Under the pieces are notes generated by a model, which made no database searches, was not told the origin of the DNA, and saw only the letters and a list, made by a program, of their open reading frames with translations. Positions 39,422 to 50,779 of a stretch of DNA of 64,000 bases are shown here, one piece after another. Numbering within the stretch: position 1 is the first letter of the stretch; each line of letters opens with the position of its first letter. The position numbers and the translations under genes are program-made. The stretch spans positions 15,837 through 79,836 of the forward strand of contig CAMTVY010000001.1 in assembly GCA_947085325.1 (NCBI GenBank), read 5' to 3'. This DNA is from an uncultured Gammaproteobacteria bacterium (GTDB lineage Bacteria; Pseudomonadota; Gammaproteobacteria; SURF-13).

Positions 39422-39560
39422 TTACTCCGCTGCGCTTGAACCGGCATGGTACTTGCTTCCCTATTGTATGACAAGCTGCGGACATGCGAAGATGTGACGT
39501 TAAGCAGGTTCAATAAGGGGCTTCCGGGGGTGCAGGTGGCCCGTCCGGGGTGATAAGCGC

Positions 39561-41288
39561 ATGGCCATATCATCGTCCAATATGCAGTTCAAGCTGAGCG
39601 GGCTCTCGCGCCGTCTGGTGCAGGAGGGTCTGCTCACTGAAACCCAGATGCAGCAGGCCTGTGAGCAGGCGCTTAAGGCGAAAACTCCGCTGACCTCCTA
39701 CCTGGTGGGGCAGGCTATCCTCAACAGTTACGCGGTTGCCAATGCGGCCTCGCAGGAATCCGGCGTGCCGCTGCTGGATCTCAACGCCGTCGATATGGAG
39801 CAAGCCCCCACTACGCTGGTGGAGGAAAAGCTGGTGCGCAAGCACCACATACTGCCCCTGTTCAAGCGCGGCAGAAAATTGTTTCTCGCGATTTCTGATC
39901 TGAGCAGCCTCCAGGCCCTGGATGAAATAAAGTTTCATGTGGGTGCGAACACCGAGGCCGTGCTGGTGGAGGAGGACAAGCTGTCCAAGGCCATTGAGAC
40001 GGTATTGGCCAGGAACGATACCTCGATGAGCGCGCTTACGGGCGCCGACGTGGACGATCTCAATCTGGAAATCAGCGGTGGCGACGAAGATCTCGCCGCC
40101 GCCGACAGTGCCGCCGCCGATATCGACGATACCCCGGTGGTGCGTTTCGTGAACAAAGTATTGCTCGATGCCATCAATAAGGGGGCGTCGGATGTGCATT
40201 TCGAGCCGTATGAGAAAATCTACCGTGTGCGTCTGCGTCAGGATGGTGTGCTGCGTGAGGTCGCGGCGCCGCCGGTAGTGCTCGCGCCCCGTCTCGCCGC
40301 GCGCCTTAAGGTGATGTCGAGACTGGACATTTCAGAGCGCCGTGTGCCGCAGGACGGGCGCATGAAAATGCGGCTGTCCAAAAACCGCGCTATCGACTTT
40401 CGCGTCAGCAGTTGCCCGACCCTGTATGGTGAGAAGATTGTGCTGCGTATTCTGGATCCTGCCAGCGCGCAGCTCGGCATCGACGCGCTGGGCTACGAGG
40501 AAGAGCAGAAAAAACTGTTCATGGATGCGATCCACCGCCCTTATGGCATGGTGCTGGTCACCGGCCCCACCGGTAGCGGCAAGACCGTTTCGCTGTACAC
40601 CGCGCTCAATATCCTGAACACCGAAGACCGTAATATCTCGACGTGTGAAGACCCGGTCGAAATCAATCTCGCTGGAGTCAATCAGGTCAACGTCAATCCG
40701 AGGGCCGGACTTACCTTCGCCACAGCGCTCAAGGCATTTCTGCGCCAAGACCCGGACATCATCATGGTGGGTGAGGTGCGTGATCTGGAAACTGCTGAAA
40801 TTGCGATCAAGGCGGCGCAGACCGGCCATATGGTGCTCTCCACCCTGCACACCAACGATGCGCCGCAAACCTTGAGCCGTCTGGCCAATATGGGCGTAGC
40901 GCCATTCAATATCGCCTCGGCGGTGTCGCTCATCATCGCACAACGTCTGGCACGCCGCTTGTGCGCATTGTGCAAGAAGCCGGTCACCATTCCGCGCGAG
41001 GCATTGTTGAAGGAGGGCTTCAAGGAGGCCGAGCTCGCGGACGTCAAGCTCCATAGCGCGGTGGGGTGTGACCAGTGCTCGGATGGTTACAAGGGGCGTG
41101 TGGGCCTCTATCAGGTGATGCCGGTGTCGGAGGCTATCGGGCATATCATCATGGCGGGCGGCAATGCGATGCAGATCGCCGAGCAAGCGAAAAAAGAGGG
41201 CATCGCTGACCTGCGCGAGTCCGGGCTCAGGAAGGTCAGGCAAGGTATTACCAGTCTGGAAGAGATCAACCGTGTCACCAATGTATAA
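39561..41288 (+). CDS. pilB: Type IV pilus assembly ATPase PilB
   Basis: N-terminal GSPII domain, Walker A GPTGSGKT, Asp/His boxes and a tetracysteine motif (CALC...CDQC); 575 aa. Confidence 0.93.
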   Translation: MAISSSNMQFKLSGLSRRLVQEGLLTETQMQQACEQALKAKTPLTSYLVGQAILNSYAVANAASQESGVPLLDLNAVDMEQAPTTLVEEKLVRKHHILPLFKRGRKLFLAISDLSSLQALDEIKFHVGANTEAVLVEEDKLSKAIETVLARNDTSMSALTGADVDDLNLEISGGDEDLAAADSAAADIDDTPVVRFVNKVLLDAINKGASDVHFEPYEKIYRVRLRQDGVLREVAAPPVVLAPRLAARLKVMSRLDISERRVPQDGRMKMRLSKNRAIDFRVSSCPTLYGEKIVLRILDPASAQLGIDALGYEEEQKKLFMDAIHRPYGMVLVTGPTGSGKTVSLYTALNILNTEDRNISTCEDPVEINLAGVNQVNVNPRAGLTFATALKAFLRQDPDIIMVGEVRDLETAEIAIKAAQTGHMVLSTLHTNDAPQTLSRLANMGVAPFNIASAVSLIIAQRLARRLCALCKKPVTIPREALLKEGFKEAELADVKLHSAVGCDQCSDGYKGRVGLYQVMPVSEAIGHIIMAGGNAMQIAEQAKKEGIADLRESGLRKVRQGITSLEEINRVTNV

Positions 41289-41302
41289 CCACCGGCACAC
41301 AT

Positions 41303-42526
41303 ATGGCTGAAAAGACAATAAAAAAGAGTGATACCTTCGTCTGGGAAGGCACCAACAAAAATGGCGGGCGCATGCGCGGTGAGATGCAGGGCGCAACGCT
41401 CACGCTGGTTAAGGCCGATCTGCGCCGTCAGGGTATCAGTCTGCGCAAAGTCAGAAAGAAATCCGCACCATTGTTTGGTGTACGCAAAAAGAATGTTAGC
41501 GCCAAGGATATCGCCGTTTTCAGTCGCCAGCTCTCGGTCATGATTGCCGCCGGCGTGCCGCTGGTGCAGTCGTTTGAGATTATCGGTCGAGGGCATGAGA
41601 ATATCAGCATGCAGGATCTGGTGCTCTCCATCAAGAATCATGTAGAAGGCGGCAGTTCGCTGGCGGAAGCGCTGGAGAAACACCCGCTGCAGTTTGATGA
41701 GCTGTATATAAATCTGGTGCGCGCGGGTGAACAGGGCGGCATACTCGAAGCGCTGATGAACAAGATCGCCATCTACAAGGAAAAGACAGAGGCGATCAAG
41801 GGCAAGATCAAAAAGGCGCTGTTTTACCCAACGGCGGTGCTGGTGGTTGCGTTTATCATTACGGCGATTTTGCTCATCTTCGTGATCCCGCAGTTCGAGT
41901 CACTGTTCCAGGGCTTTGGCGCCGATTTGCCCGCGCTCACGCAGATGGTGATCAAGCTCTCTGCAATTTTTCAGGCATGGTGGTGGCTGATTTTCGGTTC
42001 CATCGGAGGTGCGGTCTATGCGTTGATACAGGCCAAGAGGCGCTCACGTGCCGTGAGCCATACCATGGATCGGCTGGCGCTCAAGATACCCATTATCGGC
42101 GTCATTCTGAATAAAGGCGCCATAGCACGGTTTGCGCGTACACTTTCCACCATGTTTGCCGCCGGTGTACCGCTGGTGGAAGCGATGCAGTCGGTGGCGG
42201 GCGCCACCGGTAACATTGTTTATTCCGATGCCGTGCTACGCATGCGCGACGATGTCTCAACTGGAACGCAGTTGCAGCAGGCGATGCGTAATACGCAATT
42301 ATTCCCCAACATGGTGGTGCAGATGGTCGCCATCGGCGAGGAGGCGGGGTCGCTGGATACCATGCTGGCCAAGGTGGCTGATTTCTACGAAGAGGAAGTG
42401 GACAATATGGTGGATTCCCTGTCCAGTCTGCTCGAGCCGATGATCATGGCCATCCTTGGCGTGCTGGTGGGCGGACTGGTGATCGCCATGTATCTGCCGA
42501 TTTTCAAGATGGGGTCGGTAGTTTAA
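41303..42526 (+). CDS. pilC: Type IV pilus inner-membrane platform protein PilC (GspF family)
   Basis: 407 aa with two T2SSF repeats. Follows pilB. Confidence 0.92.
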   Translation: MAEKTIKKSDTFVWEGTNKNGGRMRGEMQGATLTLVKADLRRQGISLRKVRKKSAPLFGVRKKNVSAKDIAVFSRQLSVMIAAGVPLVQSFEIIGRGHENISMQDLVLSIKNHVEGGSSLAEALEKHPLQFDELYINLVRAGEQGGILEALMNKIAIYKEKTEAIKGKIKKALFYPTAVLVVAFIITAILLIFVIPQFESLFQGFGADLPALTQMVIKLSAIFQAWWWLIFGSIGGAVYALIQAKRRSRAVSHTMDRLALKIPIIGVILNKGAIARFARTLSTMFAAGVPLVEAMQSVAGATGNIVYSDAVLRMRDDVSTGTQLQQAMRNTQLFPNMVVQMVAIGEEAGSLDTMLAKVADFYEEEVDNMVDSLSSLLEPMIMAILGVLVGGLVIAMYLPIFKMGSVV

Positions 42527-42620
42527 AAACAGATACAAGATAAAAGATACAAGAGAAAAGACAAGCCAATAATGCTGCAACACTTTCCTCTTTCCTCTTT
42601 GCTCTTTTTTCAGCCCCTCC
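42527..42620 (+). repeat. Heptad-periodic intercistronic element, family D copy 2 (pilC stop to pilD start)
   Basis: TAA-AAACAG-ATACAAG-ATAAAAG-ATACAAG-AGAAAAG-ACAAGCC ... CTCTTTC-CTCTTTG-CTCTTTT-TTCAGCCCCTCC-ATG. The first 30 nt or so are near-identical to copy 1. Confidence 0.8.
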
Positions 42621-43544
42621 ATGATTGATACCCTGCGGGTGTTTCCCTGGCTGTTTGTCGTGTCCGCTGGCATGTTGGGGTTGGTGGTCGGCAGTTTTTT
42701 GAATGTCGTGATCCATCGCCTGCCGTTGATGATGCGGCGCGACTGGCAGGCGCAGTGCCGGGAGCTGTTGGAACTGCCTGCTGAGGTAGGGCCGAATTCA
42801 TTCGGCCAGGATGCGAATAAATTCGCACCTACATGCACGTCGCCTGATGCGGCGCCGCGTTTCAATCTGGTGGCTCCACGCTCCTGTTGCCCGCACTGCG
42901 GGCATACTATTACCGCGCTCGAAAATATCCCGCTACTGAGCTATCTCATACTTAAGGGCAGGTGCTCTGCCTGCGGAGCCCGCATTTCGTCACGCTACCC
43001 TGTCGTTGAAATACTTACGGCTGTAATGTCAGCGACGGTGGCGGTGCATTTCGGTTTTGGCTGGAGCGCGGCTGCGGCACTGGCGCTTACCTGGGGGTTG
43101 ATAGCGCTGGCCTTCATCGACCTCGACCATCAACTGCTGCCGGATTCGATTACGCTGCCGCTGTTATGGGGCGGGCTATTACTTAGCCTGGGTGCTGTGC
43201 TGGTAGACAGCCACACGGCGATCATTGGCGCGGCGGCGGGTTATCTCAGCTTGTGGTCAGTGTACTGGTTGTTCAAGCTGGTCACCGGCAAGGAAGGCAT
43301 GGGGCAGGGTGACTTCAAGCTGCTTGCCGTGTTTGGTGCGTGGCTCGGTTGGCAGATGTTGCCGCTGATCATCCTGTTGTCATCGCTGGTGGGGGCCGTG
43401 GCAGGAATCTCCCTGATACTGTTCCGCAGGCATCAGCGGGATGTCCCGATTCCATTCGGGCCGTACCTTGCCGCCGCGGGCTGGATAGCCCTGCTTTGGG
43501 GCATGCCACTGACGCAGGGTTATCTCGAGCTGTTGGGCGGGTAG
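42621..43544 (+). CDS. pilD: Prepilin peptidase / N-methyltransferase PilD
   Basis: GSFLNVVIHRLP, a CPHCGH...CSACG zinc-binding motif and multi-TM aspartic peptidase A24 motifs (GQGDFKL); 307 aa. Confidence 0.92.
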   Translation: MIDTLRVFPWLFVVSAGMLGLVVGSFLNVVIHRLPLMMRRDWQAQCRELLELPAEVGPNSFGQDANKFAPTCTSPDAAPRFNLVAPRSCCPHCGHTITALENIPLLSYLILKGRCSACGARISSRYPVVEILTAVMSATVAVHFGFGWSAAAALALTWGLIALAFIDLDHQLLPDSITLPLLWGGLLLSLGAVLVDSHTAIIGAAAGYLSLWSVYWLFKLVTGKEGMGQGDFKLLAVFGAWLGWQMLPLIILLSSLVGAVAGISLILFRRHQRDVPIPFGPYLAAAGWIALLWGMPLTQGYLELLGG

Positions 43545-43551
43545 CACCACG

Positions 43552-44151
43552 ATGTATCGCGTCGGGCTCACCGGGGGCATCGGTTGTGGAAAATCCACAG
43601 TGGCAGGTTATTTCGGCGCATTGGGTGTGCCGGTCATCGATGCTGATGAAATTGCGCGAGGATTGGTGGAGCCGGGCACGCCCGCGCTGGCGCGCATTGC
43701 CGCGCAATTTGGCGCTGAAATCCTGGGGCCGGATGGCGCGCTGGACAGAGCTGCATTGCGCCATAGCGTCTTTTCTGACGTCGCCCGGCGCACGCAACTG
43801 GAGGCTATCCTGCACCCGCTGATTCGCGCCGGTATGGAGGCACGCATGGCGCAGCTGGACGCGCCATACTGCGTGCTCAGTATCCCGCTGCTGGTGGAAA
43901 CCAGCCAGGTGGGCGAGGTCGAGCGCGTGCTGGTGGTTGATGCGCCGCATGCGCTTCAGTACCGGCGGGTGATGGCACGGGGGCTAAGCGCCCGGGAGGT
44001 GGCTGCCATTCTGCGGGCTCAGGCCCGCTGGCGCGAACGTCTTGCCGTAGCCCATGACGTGATTGTGAACGATCAGGGTGTAGAGCATGTAGAAAGCAGG
44101 GTGCGGGCGCTGCATGAGCATTATCTGGGGCTGGCGCACGCCGGTCATTAA
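43552..44151 (+). CDS. coaE: Dephospho-CoA kinase
   Basis: VGLTGGIGCGKST P-loop; 199 aa. The pilD-coaE-zapD-yacG order is conserved. Confidence 0.92.
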   Translation: MYRVGLTGGIGCGKSTVAGYFGALGVPVIDADEIARGLVEPGTPALARIAAQFGAEILGPDGALDRAALRHSVFSDVARRTQLEAILHPLIRAGMEARMAQLDAPYCVLSIPLLVETSQVGEVERVLVVDAPHALQYRRVMARGLSAREVAAILRAQARWRERLAVAHDVIVNDQGVEHVESRVRALHEHYLGLAHAGH

Positions 44152-44237
44152 ATAGGAATTGCCAGCGTCATATCAAGTAATAGACAATAAACCCATCTGG
44201 CGTCACAGTCCTGGTTTTTATAGTTGCGGTGGTGTGA

Positions 44238-45005
44238 GTGCTCAACAAAATTACCTACGAACAACCGCTCAATGAAAAGATGCGTACCTTTCTGCGGCTC
44301 GAGCTTCTGTTTCTCCAGGTGCAACACAATCTGGAGGGGAGTTCGGAGTGGAACAGTCGCGCCACGCTTACCAGTCTGATTGAAATTCTCAATGTATGCA
44401 GCCGCACCGATCTCAAAACCGAGCTTCTGCGTGAGCTCGAACGTCATGGCACCATGCTGGCACGGCTCGAGCATGTGCCGGAGGTTGATCAGGGCAGGTT
44501 GAAAGATCTGCTGAGTGAAGTGGATGCGCTCATGGATCGATTGCATGCCACCAGCATCCAATTTGGACAGTCGTTGCGAAACAATGAGTTCATCTGCAGT
44601 ATACGCCAGCGCAGTAGTATTCCTGGGGGCCTGTGTGACTTCGATCTGCCCATGTATCACTACTGGCTACAGCGTCCTGCCAAAGAGCGTCTTGAGAATC
44701 TGCAAGAGTGGTTGTCACCCATCAATCCAATGTGGCTGTCCATAGAACTCATACTCCGGTTGACGCGCGAGAGTGTTGCCCCCGTACCGGGAGTGGCTGT
44801 TGCTGGATTTTTTCAGCGCTCGCTCGATCAGGATACCCCCTGTCAACTGGTGCGCGTGACGGTACCTGCGCGCCTGCCTTATTACCCCGAGATCAGCGGC
44901 GGCAAGCATCGATTTACCGTGCGCTTTCTGGCGCCGGCGACGGACGGTCGCACGGTGCAGTCTGCCGAAGATGTGAAATTCGAGCTGACCTGCTGCATGT
45001 CGTGA
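44238..45005 (+). CDS. zapD: Cell division protein ZapD
   Basis: [22 protein letters not shown]-terminus typical of ZapD/YacF; 255 aa. GTG start. Confidence 0.88.
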   Translation: MLNKITYEQPLNEKMRTFLRLELLFLQVQHNLEGSSEWNSRATLTSLIEILNVCSRTDLKTELLRELERHGTMLARLEHVPEVDQGRLKDLLSEVDALMDRLHATSIQFGQSLRNNEFICSIRQRSSIPGGLCDFDLPMYHYWLQRPAKERLENLQEWLSPINPMWLSIELILRLTRESVAPVPGVAVAGFFQRSLDQDTPCQLVRVTVPARLPYYPEISGGKHRFTVRFLAPATDGRTVQSAEDVKFELTCCMS

Positions 45006-45196
45006 ACGCCAGCGAAAAGGAAAAAACCTTCGCCTGCCCGTCCTGTGGTAAAGACGCCATCTGGTCGTTGCAACAAAACCCGTGGCGGCCATTTTGCAGC
45101 GAGCGCTGCAAAATGATCGATCTCGGTGCCTGGGCTGACGAGTCTTACCGTGTCCCGGATGCAACACAGAGGTCGCCAGAAGACGGTGCTGAGTAG
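45002..45196 (+). CDS. yacG: DNA gyrase inhibitor YacG (zinc-finger protein)
   Basis: CPSCGK...[16 protein letters not shown] motif; 64 aa. GTG 45002 overlaps the zapD stop. Confidence 0.85.
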   Translation: MNASEKEKTFACPSCGKDAIWSLQQNPWRPFCSERCKMIDLGAWADESYRVPDATQRSPEDGAE

Positions 45197-45255
45197 GGGC
45201 TGGGGCCCCTGTGGAATCTGGAGCGTCACTGCTTGCGGCGCCCATTGATCCGGCA

Positions 45256-46692
45256 TTATTGAGCCGGGTCAGGCGGGAGTGGGTGCAGGCTGTGCATCTG
45301 ATCCGTATAGAACTGGAAGGTTCCAGTACCGGTGTGCTTGGCATGATACATGGCTATGTCGGCATTTCTGAGCAGTAGTTCGGCATCCTGCGCGTCGTCG
45401 GGGTAGAGCGCTATGCCGATGCTGGGCGTGATAGACAGTTGATGTTTATGCAGGACAAACGGTTGGGCAAAAATATCCTTGACCTTGTGGGCCACCCGGG
45501 CGGCAGTGTCGGTATCTCCAATGTTTTCGAGAATCATGGTGAACTCGTCGCCACCCAGCCTGGCGATGGTATCCACCCCGCGCAGGCCTTGCTGCAGTCG
45601 GTTCGCAACCAGTTTCAGCAGCATGTCGCCGATGCTGTGTCCAAAGGTGTCGTTGACCTCCTTGAAGCGATCCAGATCAAGCAGCAGTAAGGCCAGCCTG
45701 TCGGTGTTGCGGTTGGTGCGCTCCATAGCCTGTGTCAGCCGGTCGCTGAACAGCGTTCGATTGGGCAGGCCAGTGAGGAAGTCATAGGAGGCGAGATAGG
45801 TGAGGCGTTCCTCGGCTCGACGGCGTTCGGTAATGTCCTGGTTCATCACGACGGCGCCGGTGATAGTGTGTTCAGCATCGAATATTGGAATGGCCGAATT
45901 CAGAATGGTTTTGCGTGTGCCATCAAAGCACTCTATGTTAATCACCTCATCAATCGAGGTCTCGCCGCGTGTGATGGCGCGCGCCGCCGCCCACTCTTGC
46001 GCAGTAATGAGCTTTCCGGTATCTGCCCACCAGCCTTTATATTCATCATACTGCTCGATGCCGACATAACGCTTGCCGGTCCAGATGTGCTGGCCGGCCT
46101 GGTTGCCGTGTGTGATGTTGCCCTGTGCGTCGATCAGCCACACGCCTACGGGCAGGTTCTCCAGAACGGCTTGCAGTAGGGCTTCCTTAGCCTGCAACAC
46201 CCGCGTTGAGTGGTCGCGTTCAGCGATATGGGCTTCTAGTACCGCATTGGCGCGCTGCAGCTCAAGTGCATGTTCCGCACGACGCTTGAGCAGACCGGTC
46301 ATGACAGCGATAAGCGGTGTGGCTATACCCCAGATCAGAATCCGCAATCCGTTCTCATGCGTGTAGTGCAGGGGCTCGCCCGGAATGGCGAAGGCATGTA
46401 CAAAATAAAGCCAGGCGATGGCGGCGCTCAGCAGTCCGGAGCGTATTCCGCCATGAAAGGCGGCAAATACCACGGTGATGAGCAGGATGGCGGGAGGATT
46501 GGGTACGGGGTAGAGCAGGCGTGAAAATATTTCAAGCGTCGCCGCCGCGAGCAAGCTGAGCAGCGGCCCGATAAGTGAGGTTTTCGGTACTACCAGTGCT
46601 GTGCTCGGTATCAAGCCTCTCTCCCGCCGCTTTATAACGAGGTGGCTGAGTATTACCCTGTAGCCAGGAGAACACGCATGATATTGCCCCAA
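45256..46692 (-). CDS. Membrane-anchored PAS-GGDEF diguanylate cyclase
   Basis: N-terminal 4-TM region, coiled coil, PAS domain (LENLPVGVWLIDAQGNITHGN) and a GGDEF domain with an intact RLGGDEF; no EAL domain. The start is uncertain within the first 30 codons or so. Confidence 0.85.
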   Translation of the reverse strand: MGQYHACSPGYRVILSHLVIKRRERGLIPSTALVVPKTSLIGPLLSLLAAATLEIFSRLLYPVPNPPAILLITVVFAAFHGGIRSGLLSAAIAWLYFVHAFAIPGEPLHYTHENGLRILIWGIATPLIAVMTGLLKRRAEHALELQRANAVLEAHIAERDHSTRVLQAKEALLQAVLENLPVGVWLIDAQGNITHGNQAGQHIWTGKRYVGIEQYDEYKGWWADTGKLITAQEWAAARAITRGETSIDEVINIECFDGTRKTILNSAIPIFDAEHTITGAVVMNQDITERRRAEERLTYLASYDFLTGLPNRTLFSDRLTQAMERTNRNTDRLALLLLDLDRFKEVNDTFGHSIGDMLLKLVANRLQQGLRGVDTIARLGGDEFTMILENIGDTDTAARVAHKVKDIFAQPFVLHKHQLSITPSIGIALYPDDAQDAELLLRNADIAMYHAKHTGTGTFQFYTDQMHSLHPLPPDPAQ

Positions 46693-46715
46693 GTACTGTC
46701 CGAAAGCCAGAGGAA

Positions 46716-47936
46716 TCAGGTGCGGTATTCGGCGTTGATGCGTACGTAGTCGTAGGAAAAGTCACAGGTCCACACGGTGCCACAGTGTGCCCCGCGCGCC
46801 AGGTCAACGCTGATGGTAATTTCATTTCTGCGCATGACGGACTGGCCTTGCTCCTCTGTATACTCCGGTGCCCGTCCGCCGTTGCGTACGATACACACCT
46901 CGTCCAGATAGAGTGTAGTGCATGCAATATCCAGACCAGTTATGCCGGCGCGGCCTACGGCGGCCAGAATGCGGCCCCAGTTAGGGTCGCAGGCAAAGAA
47001 CGCGGTCTTGACCAGCGGCGAGTGTGCGATGGCATAGGCGGCGGCATCGCACTCCGTTTCGCTCGCGCCACCCTTGACGCACACGGTAATGAACTTGGTC
47101 GCACCTTCGCCGTCACGCACGATCAGTTGCGCAAGCTCGGTGCATACCTGTGTGATCGCGTCGCACAACATGCGGTACGCGGGCTGTGTGCTGTGGTCGA
47201 TGCGTGCTAGCGAGCTTTTGCCGGTGGCGATCAACAGGCAGGCATCGTTGGTAGAGGTGTCGCCATCGACGGTGATGCGGTTGAATGAACGCTCGACGGC
47301 CTGGTTGAGGCACTGCTGCAGGAGCGGCTGATCGACGCCCGCATCGGTGGCGATGAAGGCGAGCATGGTCGCCATGTCGGGCCGGATCATGCCTGAGCCC
47401 TTGGCAATGCCGGTGATGGTGACGGTGCTGCCTTCGATTTCCACTCTGCGCGAAACAGCCTTCGCTACGGTGTCGGTAGTCATGATGCCGTGGGCGGCAT
47501 CCTCCCAGCCGGCAGCATCCAGTTTTGCGTACGCCTCTGGCAGGCCGCGCAGGATTTTCGCCACCGGCAGCGGTTCTCCAATAACGCCGGTAGAAAATGG
47601 CAGTATCGCGTCACTGTTGCACTGCGCGAGCTGTGCCAGTGCGGCGCAACACGCCTCGGTGTCATGCAGCCCCGGTGCACCCGTGCCCGCGTTGGCGTTG
47701 CCGGTGTTGATGAGCAGGTAGTGCGGTGCAGCGTGTGCGAGATGCTGGCGTGCGACGATCACGGGTGCGGCGCAGAAGGCGTTGCGGGTGAATACGGCGG
47801 CGCAGCCCGCACCGGTGTCGAGCCCGATGATCACCAGATCGCGCCGCCCGGGCTTCTTGATGCCGGCGCACGCGGTGCCCAGGCGCACACCCGCTACCGG
47901 GTGCAGGTGTGGTAATGGCGGGATACCTACGGCCAC
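46716..47936 (-). CDS. argJ: Bifunctional glutamate N-acetyltransferase / amino-acid acetyltransferase ArgJ
   Basis: 406 aa with the autoprocessing site [11 protein letters not shown] (T of ATML) and the typical C-terminus [15 protein letters not shown]. Confidence 0.93.
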   Translation of the reverse strand: MAVGIPPLPHLHPVAGVRLGTACAGIKKPGRRDLVIIGLDTGAGCAAVFTRNAFCAAPVIVARQHLAHAAPHYLLINTGNANAGTGAPGLHDTEACCAALAQLAQCNSDAILPFSTGVIGEPLPVAKILRGLPEAYAKLDAAGWEDAAHGIMTTDTVAKAVSRRVEIEGSTVTITGIAKGSGMIRPDMATMLAFIATDAGVDQPLLQQCLNQAVERSFNRITVDGDTSTNDACLLIATGKSSLARIDHSTQPAYRMLCDAITQVCTELAQLIVRDGEGATKFITVCVKGGASETECDAAAYAIAHSPLVKTAFFACDPNWGRILAAVGRAGITGLDIACTTLYLDEVCIVRNGGRAPEYTEEQGQSVMRRNEITISVDLARGAHCGTVWTCDFSYDYVRINAEYRT

Positions 47937-47961
47937 TGTCGTGTTCGGGCTGGGGTCTTGA

Positions 47962-50673
47962 TCAGGCCAGCGTGCCGTGGCACTGCTTGTACTTTTTTCC
48001 CGAACCGCAGGGGCAGGGCTCGTTGCGCCCTACCTTACGTTCCCCGCGCACGAAGGGGGCAGCGGGTTCGGCAGTTGCGGTGTCTGGTGTTGCTTCGGCA
48101 GCTGCTGTGAGTGCGCTCGCGGCGGCATGCTGGAACTGCATGTTGGTGGCAGCGCGCCGCTGCTGCTCAATCAGGTGTACGTCCTCTTCGGCGCGCACCT
48201 GCGCGGTACAGATCAGGCGTGTGACCTCATGCTTGATACGCTCCAGCATATCTGCAAACAGCGCGAAAGACTCGCGTTTGAACTCCTGCTTGGGATTCTT
48301 TTGCGCGTATCCGCGCAGGTGTATGCCCTGGCGCAGATAATCCATGGCGGCAAGGTGATCCTTCCAGAGGGCATCCAGCACCTGCAGCATGATGGCCTTT
48401 TCGAGGTGGCGCATGACGCTGCTGCCGATGGCTTCTTCGCGCGCCTGCATCGCCTGCCCGATCTCGTCATGGATGCGGTTGCGCAGGGTTTCCTCATGCA
48501 GCGTATCGTCGCCTACCAGCCATTCACCGATGGGCAGGGTCATGCCGAGTTCGGACCGTAAGGCAGCCTCCAGTCCGGGAATATCCCATTGCTCTTCGAG
48601 GCTTGCGCGCGGCATGTGGGCATTGATGATCTCGTCAATCACATTGCTGCGAACGATGGTAACCGTCTCGGAGATGTCATCGCTGTCCATCAACTCATTG
48701 CGCTGCTCGTAGATCACCTTGCGCTGGTCGTTGGCTACATCGTCGTATTCCAGCAATTGCTTGCGGATGTCGAAGTTGCGGCCTTCCACCTTGCGCTGCG
48801 CATTCTCGATCGCCTTGGTAACCCATGGATGTTCGATCGCCTCGCCTTCGTTCATGCCGAGCTTCTGCATCAGCCCGGCCACGCGCTCGGAGGCGAAGAT
48901 GCGCATCAGGTTGTCTTCGAGCGAGAGATAAAACCGGCTCGAACCCGGGTCGCCCTGCCGCCCGGAACGCCCGCGCAACTGGTTGTCGATGCGGCGCGAT
49001 TCATGGCGCTCGGTGCCGATGATGTGCAGGCCGCCGCTCGCGAGTACTTCGTCATGCCGCGCCTGCCAGGTATCGCGCAGACGGGCTGTGGTCGCCTCGT
49101 CCGGGTTTTCGAGTGCGGCCAGCTCGGCTTCGAGGCTGCCGCCCAGCACGATGTCAGTGCCGCGTCCGGCCATGTTGGTGGCGATGGTGACCGTGCCTGG
49201 CCGTCCGGCCTGCGCCACGATCTCCGCCTCCCGTTCATGAAACTTGGCGTTCAGCACCTGATGTTTGATGCCCTCGCTGTCAAGCAGGCGCGACAGATGT
49301 TCAGAGGTTTCAATGGACGCCGTACCTACCAGTACGGGCTGATAGCGCGCCTGACAGGCTTTGACATCCTCGATGATGGCGCTGAATTTTTCACCTGCGG
49401 TAAGGTATACCAGGTCGCCATAGTCCTTGCGCACCATCGGCTTGTGGGTCGGAATCACGACCACTTCGAGGCCGTAAATCTGCTGGAATTCGTAGGCCTC
49501 GGTGTCAGCCGTACCGGTCATGCCCGAAAGTTTGCTGTAGAGGCGGAAATAGTTCTGGAATGTGATTGAGGCGAGCGTCTGGTTTTCGCTCTGGATTTGC
49601 ACGCCTTCCTTGGCCTCTACGGCCTGATGCAGGCCCTCCGACCAGCGCCGCCCCGGCATGGTGCGCCCGGTGAACTCATCGACGATGACGACCTGGTTGT
49701 CTTTGACGATATAGTCAACATTGCGCTGGAACAGTGCGTGGGCGCGCAAAGCGGCGTGCAAATGATGCATGAGCATGATGTTGGCAGTGTCATACAGGCT
49801 CTCGCCCTCATGCAGGATCCCGGCCTCCGCCAGCAGTTCCTCGACACGCTGATGGCCCTGTTCGGAGAGCAGCACGTTACGGTCTTTTTCATCCACCAGA
49901 TAATCACCCGGGGTGTCGGCGTCTGCCTGGCGGGTGAGGCGCGGGATGAGTGCATTTATTTTATGGTACAGGTCGGAACTGTTTTCGGTGGAGCCCGAGA
50001 TGATGAGCGGTGTGCGCGCCTCGTCGATCAGGATGGAGTCCACCTCGTCGACAATGGCGTAATGCTGGTCGCGTTGCATGCGTTCGCTGCTGGCAAACGC
50101 CATGTTGTCGCGCAGGTAGTCGAAGCCGAATTCATTGTTGGTGCCGTAGGTGATGTCAGCGGCATACGCGGCGCGTTTTTCTTCACCGCTCATGCCTGCC
50201 ACCACTACGCCGGTGGTGAGGCCGAGAAACGCATACAGCTTGCCCATCCAGCGCGCATCACGTCGCGCCAGGTAATCATTGACCGTGACGACGTGCACAC
50301 CTTTCCCGGGCAGGGCGTTGAGATAGGCGGCGAGGGTGGCGACCAGGGTCTTGCCCTCGCCCGTGCGCATCTCGGCAATTTTGCCGTCGTTCAGCACCAT
50401 GCCGCCGATCAGCTGTGCGTCGAAATGACGCATGTTGAGTGCCCGCTTGCCGGCCTCGCGCACTGTGGCGAAGGCTTCCGGCAGCAAGGCCTCCAGGGCT
50501 TCGCCCTGTGCCAGGCGGGCGCGAAACGCGGCCGTCTTGGCGGCCAGCGCAGTATCAGACAAGGCGGCCAGATCAGGCTCGAATGCACTGATGTGTGCCA
50601 CCACCTTGAGGGTGCGCTTTAGAAGCCGCTCATTGCGGCTGCCGAAAATCCTGCTTAACAGTTTGCTGGCCAT
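47962..50673 (-). CDS. secA: Preprotein translocase ATPase SecA
   Basis: [21 protein letters not shown]-terminus, MRTGEGKTL Walker A, DEAD-like [19 protein letters not shown] and a C-terminal zinc motif [14 protein letters not shown]; 903 aa from ATG 50673. Confidence 0.95.
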   Translation of the reverse strand: MASKLLSRIFGSRNERLLKRTLKVVAHISAFEPDLAALSDTALAAKTAAFRARLAQGEALEALLPEAFATVREAGKRALNMRHFDAQLIGGMVLNDGKIAEMRTGEGKTLVATLAAYLNALPGKGVHVVTVNDYLARRDARWMGKLYAFLGLTTGVVVAGMSGEEKRAAYAADITYGTNNEFGFDYLRDNMAFASSERMQRDQHYAIVDEVDSILIDEARTPLIISGSTENSSDLYHKINALIPRLTRQADADTPGDYLVDEKDRNVLLSEQGHQRVEELLAEAGILHEGESLYDTANIMLMHHLHAALRAHALFQRNVDYIVKDNQVVIVDEFTGRTMPGRRWSEGLHQAVEAKEGVQIQSENQTLASITFQNYFRLYSKLSGMTGTADTEAYEFQQIYGLEVVVIPTHKPMVRKDYGDLVYLTAGEKFSAIIEDVKACQARYQPVLVGTASIETSEHLSRLLDSEGIKHQVLNAKFHEREAEIVAQAGRPGTVTIATNMAGRGTDIVLGGSLEAELAALENPDEATTARLRDTWQARHDEVLASGGLHIIGTERHESRRIDNQLRGRSGRQGDPGSSRFYLSLEDNLMRIFASERVAGLMQKLGMNEGEAIEHPWVTKAIENAQRKVEGRNFDIRKQLLEYDDVANDQRKVIYEQRNELMDSDDISETVTIVRSNVIDEIINAHMPRASLEEQWDIPGLEAALRSELGMTLPIGEWLVGDDTLHEETLRNRIHDEIGQAMQAREEAIGSSVMRHLEKAIMLQVLDALWKDHLAAMDYLRQGIHLRGYAQKNPKQEFKRESFALFADMLERIKHEVTRLICTAQVRAEEDVHLIEQQRRAATNMQFQHAAASALTAAAEATPDTATAEPAAPFVRGERKVGRNEPCPCGSGKKYKQCHGTLA

Positions 50674-50779
50674 GGTTTGACAGTGTTCCCGGGTGCGGGC
50701 GCCTCGGGTGAGGCGCAATCAGGGCTGCTCGACGGGTTTTTGGTGGGGTAGTATAGTACTACGTTGAGAGTCTGGACGT

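Noticed and set aside
42760-42870. Roughly 15-aa longer linker in PilD between the first TM and the CxxC zinc motif, compared with Pseudomonas PilD as I remember it.
   Set aside because: This cytoplasmic loop varies in length among prepilin peptidases. All catalytic and zinc-binding motifs are intact, so it is not noteworthy without an alignment.
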